From contig CBDCWG010000012.1 of the NCBI GenBank assembly GCA_965223345.1, positions 736,001-800,000 of the forward strand: a stretch of DNA of 64,000 nt, given 5' to 3'. A model generated the notes under the pieces. That model searched no databases and had not been told where the DNA came from. It saw only the letters and a program-made list of their open reading frames with translations. The position numbers were made by a program, and so were the translations under genes. The DNA comes from Nitrospinales bacterium. Lineage in GTDB: Bacteria > Nitrospinota > Nitrospinia > Nitrospinales > VA-1. Shown piece after piece: positions 38,463-50,046 of this stretch; the first letter of the stretch is position 1, and every line of letters begins with the position of its first letter.

Positions 38463-41213
38463 ATGAGAGAGATGAAAATTTGGAGCAATATGAGCCAAAA
38501 ATGGAAACAGACCATTCTGTTTCTATTGATCGGATTGGGACCTCTGGTCGTCGTGATGGTCATGAACAATTTTTCATTCAAGAAGATCCGCGACATCAAT
38601 GCCGCGACCCTGCAAGGCTACGCGGAAGGGATTGCGGATAAAATCGACCGCAACCTGTTCGAACGATACGGCGACGTGCAGGCGTTCGGATTGAATCACG
38701 CGATTCGTAACCGCGAAACCTGGTACCAGAAAGGCGGTCCCATCGTGGTGGCGATGAACCAGTACGTGGACACCTACGACATCTATTACGTGACGCTGTT
38801 GGTGGACCTCGAAGGCCAGCCCATTGCGGTCAACACACGCGACCAGGATGGCCAGCGCATCAACAACAACGCGTTTTATGCCAAAAACTACCGCAACGCA
38901 TCCTGGTTCAAGGATGTCCTGAACGGCAAGTTTTACACCTCGCAAAGTGGCAATGTGGGCGGTTCCGGCGATTTTTCCGGAACGGTCATCGTTCCGCTGC
39001 ACGTGAATGAGGACATCAAACGGGCCTACCCCGGGGATTCGGGGTTGACGTTGGGGTTTGCGGCTCCCGTTTACGACGCGCAGGGACGGGTGATGGCCAT
39101 CTGGCTCAATTATGCGAAGTTCTCGCTGGTTGAAGAGGTGTTTCTTGCGACCTACCAGGACATGAAGAAGAAGGAAATGACATCCGCGGAGCTGACGCTG
39201 TTGGACGGCCAGGGTCGGGTGATTGTGGATCTGGATCCCGCAGTGGGACGCGGCACCGAGACCTCGGTGTCGCATAATTTCGATGTCCTGATGAAACTGA
39301 ATCTTGCGGATCTGGGAGTGCAGGCCGCCATCGAAGCTGTGCGCAACAAGAAGGTGGGATTCAATTATGCGATGCACGCGCGGAAAAAGGTCATGCAGGC
39401 ATCGGGTTACGCCCACATGGATGGAGCGCTCGGGTTTCCCGGCATGGACTGGTCGGTGCTGGTGCGCATGCCCGACAAGGACGTGAATGCGGCGATCATC
39501 GCGATCGAAGAGCAGATGTTCCTGCTCGCGGGGGTCATCGGCATCGTGATCTTCGGGATCGGCATCTGGTCGGCGTCCGCCAACACGCGGCCCATCATTC
39601 AGCTCACGCGCAACCTGGAATCGTTTGCGCAGGGCAACCTGCGCGAGGTGCAGGAGATCGAGGTGCGATCGCAAGATGAGATCGGCCGGCTCTCGCGATC
39701 GTTCAACGATCTCTACAACGGAGTGCAGGCCTATCTGAGAAGTTCAGATGGGCTTTTGCGCGGGGAAATCCCGGAAAGCGAGAACTTCGGGCTGCACGGC
39801 GAGTTCGAAGACAAGCTCCGGGCCATGCGGCGCCAGGCCAGTGAAAAGAAAATCGCCGACGACGAGGCGAATAAGGTCAAGCAGATGGTCGAAGGCATGA
39901 ACACGAACGTCATGTTTGCCGACACCGATTTTGTGTTGCAATACATGAACCCGGCTTCCTTGAACACGCTGAGGACGCTGGAACGGCTGTTGCCGGTTCC
40001 CGCAGACCGGATCATCGGCCAGAAGATCGACATCTTTCATAAAGAACCGGAACACCAGAGAAGTTTTCTGGCAGACGCAAAAAACCTGCCGCATCAAGCT
40101 CAGATCGAACTGGGAGATGAAATTCTCAATCTGACCGCCGCCGCCATCAACGATCAGGACGGCAACCGCATCGGTACGATGGCCGCCTGGTCGGTGGTCA
40201 CGGAGATGATCAAGAATGAGCGCGCGGCGCAGGAAAGCCAGGAACGGGAGCAGGCGCAGGCCAAAGAGCTGCAGGAAAAAGTCGATTCGCTTCTGGATGT
40301 GGTGAACGCCGCGTCGCAGGGGGACCTGACCCAGGAAGTCACGGTGTCGGGGGCGGACGCCATCGGCCAGATGGGTGAAGGGCTGTCCAAGTTTTTCAAA
40401 AACCTCAGACAAAGCGTTTCCGACATCGGCAGCAATGCGAATTCGCTGGCGTCTTCTTCCAGCCAGTTGAGCGCGGTGAGCCAGCAGATGGCGGGCAACG
40501 CGGAAGAAACCTCCGCGCAGGCGGGCGTCGTGTCGGCCGCTTCCGAAGAAGTCAGCAAGAACGTGGACACGGTGGCCACCGGGGCGGAGGAGATGAATGC
40601 GAGCATCAAGGAGATTTCGCTCAACGCCAACGAAGCCGCCAAGATCGCCACGGAAGCGGTGCGGGTGGCCGAAAACACCAACGTGACGGTCGGCAAGCTG
40701 GGTGAGAGTTCGGCCGAGATCGGCCAGGTGGTGAAAGTGATCACCTCGATCGCGGAACAGACCAACCTTTTGGCTTTGAACGCCACGATCGAAGCGGCGC
40801 GTGCGGGCGAGGCGGGCAAGGGGTTTGCGGTGGTCGCGAACGAAGTGAAAGACCTCGCAAACCAGACGGCGAAAGCCACCGAGGAAATCAGCGAGAAGAT
40901 CGAGGCGATTCAGACCGACACCGGCGGCGCGGTGTCGGCGATCGCCGAGATCAGCGAGGTGATCAACAAGATCAGCGATATCTCGAACACCATCGCCAGC
41001 GCGGTGGAAGAGCAGACCGCGACGACCTCGGAAATCGGCCGCAATGTGACCGAGGCGGCGAAGGGAACGCAGGAAATCGCCGAGAACATCACCGGCGTGG
41101 CCACGGCGGCGCAGAGCACGACTCAGGGAGCGGGAGACACGCAAACCGCGTCGGGCGAGTTGTCGAAGATGGCTGCGGAACTGCAGGAGCTGGTGGGGCA
41201 GTTCAAATACTGA
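38463..41213 (+). CDS. Methyl-accepting chemotaxis protein (TM-Cache-TM-HAMP-PAS-HAMP-MCP signal)
   Basis: Hairpin tip [35 protein letters not shown], two TM helices, HAMP ..DEIG.L, and an Aer2-like PAS. Confidence 0.95.
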   Translation: MREMKIWSNMSQKWKQTILFLLIGLGPLVVVMVMNNFSFKKIRDINAATLQGYAEGIADKIDRNLFERYGDVQAFGLNHAIRNRETWYQKGGPIVVAMNQYVDTYDIYYVTLLVDLEGQPIAVNTRDQDGQRINNNAFYAKNYRNASWFKDVLNGKFYTSQSGNVGGSGDFSGTVIVPLHVNEDIKRAYPGDSGLTLGFAAPVYDAQGRVMAIWLNYAKFSLVEEVFLATYQDMKKKEMTSAELTLLDGQGRVIVDLDPAVGRGTETSVSHNFDVLMKLNLADLGVQAAIEAVRNKKVGFNYAMHARKKVMQASGYAHMDGALGFPGMDWSVLVRMPDKDVNAAIIAIEEQMFLLAGVIGIVIFGIGIWSASANTRPIIQLTRNLESFAQGNLREVQEIEVRSQDEIGRLSRSFNDLYNGVQAYLRSSDGLLRGEIPESENFGLHGEFEDKLRAMRRQASEKKIADDEANKVKQMVEGMNTNVMFADTDFVLQYMNPASLNTLRTLERLLPVPADRIIGQKIDIFHKEPEHQRSFLADAKNLPHQAQIELGDEILNLTAAAINDQDGNRIGTMAAWSVVTEMIKNERAAQESQEREQAQAKELQEKVDSLLDVVNAASQGDLTQEVTVSGADAIGQMGEGLSKFFKNLRQSVSDIGSNANSLASSSSQLSAVSQQMAGNAEETSAQAGVVSAASEEVSKNVDTVATGAEEMNASIKEISLNANEAAKIATEAVRVAENTNVTVGKLGESSAEIGQVVKVITSIAEQTNLLALNATIEAARAGEAGKGFAVVANEVKDLANQTAKATEEISEKIEAIQTDTGGAVSAIAEISEVINKISDISNTIASAVEEQTATTSEIGRNVTEAAKGTQEIAENITGVATAAQSTTQGAGDTQTASGELSKMAAELQELVGQFKY

Positions 41214-41230
41214 CCGACCCGAGACGCAAC

Positions 41231-41264
41231 GGGGAGCGGCCGTTCAGGCCGCTCCCCTTTTTTT
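41231..41264 (+). terminator. Intrinsic terminator after the MCP gene
   Basis: GGGGAGCGGCC-gttca-GGCCGCTCCCC followed by T7. Confidence 0.9.
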
Positions 41265-41289
41265 ATGCCAAGTTTTTTTGTGGATGGGT

Positions 41290-41484
41290 TTAAAGCGAGC
41301 GGTACAGATACAGGCTGGGGATCGCAGGGCCAAAGCCCGCTTTTTCGTAAGCTCTGCGGGCCGGCACGTGGCTTGCGTCTCCGCCGGTTCCCACCGTGGC
41401 CACGCGCATCCCGGCTTCACGCATGGCGTGCAACCTGGGAAGGTCATCCGGTTGCATCGGCCGGAAGCGGCAATTCTCAATCAC
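41290..41484 (-). pseudogene. Internally deleted GNAT acetyltransferase remnant (64 aa)
   Basis: GTG start after AAGGGA. A GNAT-like N-terminus (RFRPMQPDDLPRL) is joined directly to a GNAT-like C-terminus (MREAGMRVATVGTGGDASHVPARRAYEKAGF). Confidence 0.65.
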
Positions 41485-41528
41485 ACCCGAGTCCCTTCTT
41501 CTTCGGTTTGAGGCAACGACCGCCCGGT

Positions 41529-42539
41529 TTAAAACTGCTTTAAAAATCGCAGGTCGTTTTCGAAAAACAGACGGATGTCGTTGATGCCGAATTTGAGCAT
41601 GGCGATCCGCTCGATGCCCATGCCGAATGCGAACCCGGTCCATTTTTCCGGATCGTAATCGACGAACCCGAACACCGCGGGGTCCACCATGCCGGCGCCG
41701 AGGATTTCCAGCCAGCCGGTCTGCGAACACACCCGGCAGCCCTTGCCCGTGCACATGACGCACTGGATGTCCACTTCGGCGCTCGGGCAGGTGAACGGAA
41801 AGAAGCTGGGCCGAAAGCGCACCTGGGTTTTTTCACCGAACACCTGATGCACAAAGATGTTCATGATGCCCTTGAGGTGGCTGAACGAGATGTTTTCGTC
41901 CACCATCAGCCCTTCGATCTGATGAAACATGGGGGTGTGGGAGATGTCCGAATCGCAGCGGTACACCTTGCCCGGAGCGATGATGCGAAGCGGCGGCGCC
42001 TGTTTTTCCATGACGTGGATCTGCACCGGGGAGGTGTGGGTGCGCAGCACCGTGTCGCCCTCGATGTAGAAGGTGTCCTGCATGTCGCGGGCCGGGTGGT
42101 CCTTGGGGATGTTCAGGGCCTCGAAGTTGTAATAATCCGATTCGATCTGCGGGCCTTCCTCGACTTCAAAACCGAGGCTGGTGAAAATGGCGATGATCTC
42201 GTCCATCACCTGAGTGATGGGATGCAGCGACCCGGTCAACTCCCTGCGGCCGGGCAGGCTGGTGTCGAACGCGCCTTTGCTCGCGGAGCCGGTGGATTTT
42301 TCCAGCGACCGGGTTTTCTCCTTGAGCGCCTGCTCGATGTGCGCTTTGAGTTCGTTGATGTGCTTGCCGAGCAGGGGTTTTTCCGCAGCGGGCAGATCGC
42401 GCAGGTCCTTCATGATCCCGGAGACCCGGCCTTTCTTGCCGAGAAAGTCGATCCGCATCTGCTTGAGCTGATCGAGGGAAGAACACGTGGCGAGACGGGT
42501 GTCGAAATCCTGCCGGTGGCTGTTGATGGTGTCGATCAT
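41529..42539 (-). CDS. pheS: Phenylalanine-tRNA ligase alpha subunit
   Basis: HPARDMQDTFY, LRTHTSPVQ, RFRPSFFPFT and GFAFGMGIER. Confidence 0.98.
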   Translation of the reverse strand: MIDTINSHRQDFDTRLATCSSLDQLKQMRIDFLGKKGRVSGIMKDLRDLPAAEKPLLGKHINELKAHIEQALKEKTRSLEKSTGSASKGAFDTSLPGRRELTGSLHPITQVMDEIIAIFTSLGFEVEEGPQIESDYYNFEALNIPKDHPARDMQDTFYIEGDTVLRTHTSPVQIHVMEKQAPPLRIIAPGKVYRCDSDISHTPMFHQIEGLMVDENISFSHLKGIMNIFVHQVFGEKTQVRFRPSFFPFTCPSAEVDIQCVMCTGKGCRVCSQTGWLEILGAGMVDPAVFGFVDYDPEKWTGFAFGMGIERIAMLKFGINDIRLFFENDLRFLKQF

Positions 42540-42627
42540 ACGGTGGGGAGCGGCGGGCCGGCCTGAACATGGCGCCGGATGCCGGCTGCTGCTGAAGGGT
42601 GTGTCCCGCCCGGGATTGCCAATGTGA

Positions 42628-42984
42628 TCAGTTGAGCTGTGCCTGGGCGGTTTTGGTCAGCGCGCGAAACGATTCCTGGTTGTGGATGGCGAGGTCGGAG
42701 AGGACCTTGCGGTCCAGGTCGATCTTGGCGAGCTTGAGCCCGTGCATGAACTTGCTGTAGGTCAGCCCTTCCGCACGAACGGCGGCGTTGATGCGGGCGA
42801 TCCAGAGACGCCTGAAATCGCGTTTCCGGGCTTTGCGGTCCCGATAGGCGTAGGTCAATCCTTTCTCGACCGATTCACGGGCTTTGCGGAAGGCCCTGGA
42901 GCGGACACTCCGGTAGCCGGAAGCCTGCTTGAGGATCTTTTTTCTTCTCCGCCTTGAAACGGTTCCATTCACTGCGCGCGGCAT
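42628..42984 (-). CDS. rplT: 50S ribosomal protein L20
   Basis: YAYRDRK.RKRDFR.LWI.RINAA and DRKVLSDLA. Confidence 0.98.
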   Translation of the reverse strand: MPRAVNGTVSRRRRKKILKQASGYRSVRSRAFRKARESVEKGLTYAYRDRKARKRDFRRLWIARINAAVRAEGLTYSKFMHGLKLAKIDLDRKVLSDLAIHNQESFRALTKTAQAQLN

Positions 42985-43019
42985 GGACTCACTCCTCTAG
43001 TTACTTTGTTGTATTGCGG

Positions 43020-43214
43020 TTATTTGGGCAGCAAAATCCGGATGCGTTTGGCGTCGCCGGGCGCCATGATGACGGATTTTCTCAGATTGCGTTTTCTCTT
43101 CGTCGTCTTGGAAGTCAGGATGTGGCTGGTGAAAGCGCGGTTCATCCGGATTTTCCCGGTCGCGGTCTTGCGAAAGCGTTTGGCCGCGCCCCGGTTCGTT
43201 TTCATTTTCGGCAT
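43020..43214 (-). CDS. rpmI: 50S ribosomal protein L35
   Basis: [14 protein letters not shown]...HILT.K. Confidence 0.97.
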   Translation of the reverse strand: MPKMKTNRGAAKRFRKTATGKIRMNRAFTSHILTSKTTKRKRNLRKSVIMAPGDAKRIRILLPK

Positions 43215-43255
43215 TTAAGGTCTCTCTTTGATGTGAGCTTTGCTGGATGTTTTTT

Positions 43256-43780
43256 TCAGTTGGTTTTTTTGCTGCCTTTGGGAGCGAGGATCATCATCAA
43301 CGTACGGCCCTCCTGCTTGGGAGCCGATTCGACCACCGCAATGTCCTCGGTGGCCTCGACGACCCTTTTTAAGAGCCTTTCTCCGCCTTCCCGGTGGACG
43401 ATCTCGCGGCCTTTGAAGAAGATCACCACCTTGGCCTTGTCTCCGGCTTCCAAAAACCGCATCACGTGCTTTAACTTGAAGTCGTAATCGTGCTGATCCG
43501 TGTTGGGCCGGAACTTGACTTCCTTGAGATGAACGATCTTCTGGTTTTTCTTCGCTTCGTGCGCCCGTTTGCTCTGACGGTATTTGAATTTGCCGTAGTC
43601 CATGATCCGGCAAACCGGAGGGACGGCCTGCGGGGCCACTTCAACCAGGTCCAGATTTTTTTCCTGAGCAATGCTGATCGCTTCTTCGGTCGGCAAAACT
43701 CCCAACTGTTCCCCGTCATCGCTGATCAAGCTGACTTCCTTGACCCGAATCATTTTATTGACACGCTGCTTCTTGTTAAT
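43256..43780 (-). CDS. infC: Translation initiation factor IF-3 (AUU start)
   Basis: LDLVEV, PPVCRIMDYGKFKY and KEVKFRP; an in-frame ATT at 43780 lies 8 nt after GGGAGG. Confidence 0.95.
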   Translation of the reverse strand: MNKKQRVNKMIRVKEVSLISDDGEQLGVLPTEEAISIAQEKNLDLVEVAPQAVPPVCRIMDYGKFKYRQSKRAHEAKKNQKIVHLKEVKFRPNTDQHDYDFKLKHVMRFLEAGDKAKVVIFFKGREIVHREGGERLLKRVVEATEDIAVVESAPKQEGRTLMMILAPKGSKKTN

Positions 43781-43804
43781 TAACCCTGCCTCCCAAAAAG
43801 TAGG

Positions 43805-45556
43805 TTAAATCGAATCGATGGTTTTTTCCCGGATGTCCTTGTTCAATTCTTCGATAAAATCGCCCAACTGAAGGGTGCGGGTCTCCTTGGACCGCCGCTT
43901 TCGCACTGCGAGCGTCCCGGATTCCACTTCCTTGTCGCCGAGGACGACCATGTAGGGGGTTTTCTGCAACTGGGCCTCCCTGATTTTGAACCCAATCTTC
44001 TCATTTCGCAAGTCTTTTTCTACGCGTATCCCTTGGTCTGAAAGGCTTTGTCGCAATTCTTCCGCATATGCGTGCTGGCTATCGGTGATCGGAAGCAGAA
44101 TCACCTGCACCGGGGCCAGCCACAGGGGAAACGCGCCGGCGTAATGTTCCACCAGGCAGCCAAAAAAACGTTCCAGAGAGCCCATCAGCGCCCGGTGGAG
44201 CATGATCGGCTGCTGGCGTTTGCCGTTTTCCTCAATATAGCTGATGTCGAATCGCTGCGGTAGATTAAAATCCACCTGCACGGTGGAAACCTGCCAATAG
44301 CGGTTCAGGCTGTCCTTGATCTTGATATCGATCTTGGGACCGTAAAACACGCCTTCTCCGGGATCGATTTCATACTCCAGCTGGGTTTTTTCCAGGGTGG
44401 ATTTCAACGCCTCGGTGGCGGTTTCCCAGTCGTTTGCGGAACCGACGGATTTTTCCGGCCGGGTGCTGAGGTACATCTTGTACTCGTGAAACCCGAAGGA
44501 TTTGAGGATGAACAGGATGAACTCCAGCACGCGCACGATTTCCTCTTCGATCTGGCTCGGCCGGCAGAACAGATGCGCGTCGTCCTGGGTGAATCCGCGC
44601 ACGCGCAGCAGGCCGTGCAGGACCCCCGAACGCTCGTACCGGTACACGGTTCCCAATTCGCCGAAGCGGATGGGCAGGTCGCGGTAGCTTCGGAGCTTGT
44701 TCTGGTAGATCTGGATGTGGAACGGGCAGTTCATGGGCTTCATGATGTATTCCCGGCCCTCGATCTCCATGCCGGAGAACATGTTTTCCTTGTAAAAATC
44801 GGTGTGCCCGCTGATGTTCCAGAGATCCACCTTGGCCGAATGCGGGGTGTAGACCAGCTCGTAGCCGTTCTTGAAATGCTCCTCTTTCCAGAAATCCTCG
44901 ATCAGGCTACGGATCCGGGCCCCTTTGGGATGCCAGAGGATGAGCCCCGGCCCCACTTCTTCGGTCACCGAGAACAGGTCGAGTTCCTTGCCCAGTTTGC
45001 GGTGGTCGCGTTTTTTCGCTTCCTCCAGCCGGTTCAGGTATTGGCGCAGCTCTTTGTCGGTGTGCCAGGCGGTGCCGTAGATCCGTTGCAGCACGGGGTT
45101 TCGCTCATCCCCGCGCCAGTAGGCGGAAGAAGTGTGCAAGAGCTTGAACGAGCCGATCGCGTCGGTCGAGTCCACATGCGGGCCGCGGCACAGGTCGGTG
45201 AACTCCCCCTGCGAGTAGACCGAGATGGGATCGTCGGAATCGATGCCTTCGATGATCTCCTGCTTGAAGGCTTCGTTCATGTCCCCGAACAGTTTGAGCG
45301 CGTCTTCGCGTGGGATCTCCTTGCGGGTGATCTTATGCCCCTGCTTGGCGATCTCTTTCATGCGGGCTTCGATTTTTTCCAGATCTTCGGGCACGAAGGG
45401 AGTCTCGCGGAAAAAATCGTAATAGAACCCGTCCTCGATCACCGGGCCGATGGTGACCTGGGTTTCCGGAAACAGCTGCTTGACCGCCTGCGCCATGAGG
45501 TGCGCGGCGCTGTGCCTCAGGGTTTCCAGATCGTATTTTTTAGCACCTTTGCTCAT
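43805..45556 (-). CDS. thrS: Threonine-tRNA ligase (lacking the N-terminal TGS domain)
   Basis: RHSAAH, DLCRGPH, RDHRKLG, KPMNCP, RVRGFTQDD and FYGPKID. The ORF-track extension overlaps a terminator and the tRNA, so ATG 45556 is used. Confidence 0.96.
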   Translation of the reverse strand: MSKGAKKYDLETLRHSAAHLMAQAVKQLFPETQVTIGPVIEDGFYYDFFRETPFVPEDLEKIEARMKEIAKQGHKITRKEIPREDALKLFGDMNEAFKQEIIEGIDSDDPISVYSQGEFTDLCRGPHVDSTDAIGSFKLLHTSSAYWRGDERNPVLQRIYGTAWHTDKELRQYLNRLEEAKKRDHRKLGKELDLFSVTEEVGPGLILWHPKGARIRSLIEDFWKEEHFKNGYELVYTPHSAKVDLWNISGHTDFYKENMFSGMEIEGREYIMKPMNCPFHIQIYQNKLRSYRDLPIRFGELGTVYRYERSGVLHGLLRVRGFTQDDAHLFCRPSQIEEEIVRVLEFILFILKSFGFHEYKMYLSTRPEKSVGSANDWETATEALKSTLEKTQLEYEIDPGEGVFYGPKIDIKIKDSLNRYWQVSTVQVDFNLPQRFDISYIEENGKRQQPIMLHRALMGSLERFFGCLVEHYAGAFPLWLAPVQVILLPITDSQHAYAEELRQSLSDQGIRVEKDLRNEKIGFKIREAQLQKTPYMVVLGDKEVESGTLAVRKRRSKETRTLQLGDFIEELNKDIREKTIDSI

Positions 45557-45686
45557 CGGACGGACCGGTGTGGTGTTGCAATCGAAAGTGACCGTTCCCT
45601 GCAACCGGGATCGGTCTGGACAACGGGGTTCGCGCAAGATCGCCCGATCACCCGGGGGGTGTTCGGGGAAAAGAGGGAACCGCAGG

Positions 45687-45720
45687 AAAAGGCGCTTTCC
45701 CGGCTGAGAAAGCGCCTTTT
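45687..45720 (-). terminator. Hairpin terminator downstream of tRNA-Val
   Basis: AAAAGGCGCTTTC...GAAAGCGCCTTTT inverted repeat. Confidence 0.75.
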
Positions 45721-45762
45721 CATTCCTTGCGACATCCTTCGCGAGGATTTGAAGCAAATCTA

Positions 45763-45834
45763 TAGGCACGGGCGGTTTCGAACCGCCGACCCCTTGCATG
45801 TCAAGCAAGTACTCTACCCCTGAGCTACGTGCCT
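45763..45834 (-). tRNA. tRNA-Val(GAC), CCA not encoded
   Basis: AGGCACG/CGTGCCT acceptor stem, D arm GCTC/GAGT, anticodon arm CTTGC-TTGACAT-GCAAG, T arm GGCGG-TTCGAAA-CCGCC. Confidence 0.96.
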
Positions 45835-45956
45835 GATTTGATTCAGATGGCTGTATTGTATGTTTTAACGCGCATTTGTCAAGACGAAGCGCAAAACACA
45901 GGCTGGCTGCGAAATGCCGCCGTGCCCGACAAGTGCGCCGCTCCGTTTCAGGCCAT

Positions 45957-48571
<2,615 letters not shown>

Positions 48572-48586
48572 GGTTTTTTCAGCGCA

Positions 48587-49387
48587 TCAAATGTCGATCA
48601 ACCCCTCCAGCGGACTGCTGGCCGAGGCGTACAGTTTTCTCGGGATGCGCCCGGCCTCGTAGGCCAGCCGGCCGCATTGTACAGCCTGTTTCATGGCGAC
48701 GGCCATCTTCAGCGGGTCCTTGGCGCCGGCGATGGCGGTGTTCATCAGCAATCCGTCCACACCCAGTTCCATGGCGCGCGCCGCATCGGAAGCGGTGCCC
48801 ACACCGGCGTCGATGATGACGGGAATGTCCACGGCTTCCAGAATCAGTTTGATGTTGTAAGGATTGCGGATGCCCAGTCCGGAACCGATCGGCGCCGCCA
48901 GCGGCATCACGGCGGAGCAACCCATGTCCGCGAGCTTCTTGCACAGGACCACGTCGTCCGAGCAATAGGGCAGGACCTGGAACCCGTCCTGGATCAACAG
49001 CCGCGATGCTTCCAGGGTGGCTTCGTTGTCCGGGAACAGGGTTTTCTCGTCGCCGATCACCTCCACCTTCACGAAATTGCCCAGGCCGGCTTCGCGCGCC
49101 AGCTGGCAGGTCATGACCGCTTCTTTCACGTTGTAGCAGCCCGCCGTGTTGGGCAGGAAGGTGTACTTTTTCGGGTCGAGAAAATTGAGCAGGGAATCCT
49201 TGGACTGGTCCAGCTCGATTCGGCGCACGGCCACGGTCACCACTTCCGCACCGGAAAGCTCGATGGCCTCGCGGGTCTGCTCGAAGGAATCGTATTTGCC
49301 GGTGCCGACGATCAGCCGGGATTTCAGGGTTTTATCGCCAATCTGGAGCAACGAGGGTTCGCTGCCGGTTGCCACTGCATTTTCCAT
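48587..49387 (-). CDS. thiG: Thiazole synthase
   Basis: [36 protein letters not shown] and DAGVG. Confidence 0.97.
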   Translation of the reverse strand: MENAVATGSEPSLLQIGDKTLKSRLIVGTGKYDSFEQTREAIELSGAEVVTVAVRRIELDQSKDSLLNFLDPKKYTFLPNTAGCYNVKEAVMTCQLAREAGLGNFVKVEVIGDEKTLFPDNEATLEASRLLIQDGFQVLPYCSDDVVLCKKLADMGCSAVMPLAAPIGSGLGIRNPYNIKLILEAVDIPVIIDAGVGTASDAARAMELGVDGLLMNTAIAGAKDPLKMAVAMKQAVQCGRLAYEAGRIPRKLYASASSPLEGLIDI

Positions 49388-49421
49388 GGGAAATCCTCTT
49401 TCTTTCCTTATAGGGTACGGT

Positions 49422-49625
49422 TCAAACGCCGCCCCCGACGGCATGCACGATCTCAACCGTGTCTCCATCCTTGATGGGAGTGCTCGGGTATTGAGACTTG
49501 GGAATCACCTGATGGTTGAGCGCCACCGCGAAATGCGGGACGCTGATCTTGAGTTCCTGCACCAGCTCGATGAGCGTGGCGCTGGAATGAATCTCCTTTT
49601 CCTGTCCGTTGATCGTGAGCCGCAT
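49422..49625 (-). CDS. thiS: Sulfur carrier protein ThiS
   Basis: MRLTINGQ...AVALN...[15 protein letters not shown]; the GG motif is followed by one extra residue. Confidence 0.93.
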   Translation of the reverse strand: MRLTINGQEKEIHSSATLIELVQELKISVPHFAVALNHQVIPKSQYPSTPIKDGDTVEIVHAVGGGV

Positions 49626-49817
49626 AGGGTTTGGTTGCAGGGAGTTTTTAGTACAAGAGAAAACACCCGAATAAGATGAACAAGAGGGCCGCTGCCAACG
49701 TTGCGGTACGCAATTCCATTCAGAACATGGGTGCGTCATTCGCTAAGGAAATCGTGGGCGCCGCCCTGTCTCGACCGGGGAGGGTTGAAAAGCCAAGGTG
49801 TGCTATCCGGCAGGCTG

Positions 49818-49852
49818 AAACAAAAAAGGCCGCAACCTGCTAGATTGCAGCC
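49818..49852 (-). terminator. Riboswitch expression-platform terminator
   Basis: On the minus strand, GGCTGCAATC-tagca-GGTTGCGGCC followed by TTTTTTGTTT, about 35 nt downstream of the TPP aptamer. Confidence 0.75.
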
Positions 49853-49886
49853 AAAGAAGCACAAGCTCATCGATGAAAGATCGCTT

Positions 49887-49967
49887 CACTTCCCTTCGCT
49901 GGTATAATCCAGATCAGGTTCAAAGGGTCATCCTTGCGGAAGTCTCAGTTGATCAACACCCCTAGTG
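49887..49967 (-). ncRNA. TPP riboswitch
   Basis: Minus strand CACTAGGGGTG...CTGAGA...ACCCTTTGAACCTGATCTGGATTATACCAGCGAAGGGAAGTG, upstream of thiSGEC. Confidence 0.96.
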
Positions 49968-50046
49968 AGGCGTATAGCATCCGGTACTTTTTGCCCCAAG
50001 TCAAGAACTATTGACGTGTGCTTGAAAAAGAGGGATACTGGTTATT

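Noticed and set aside
45557..45808. N-terminal extension of ThrRS in the ORF track
   Set aside because: It overlaps tRNA-Val and a terminator and does not resemble a TGS domain.
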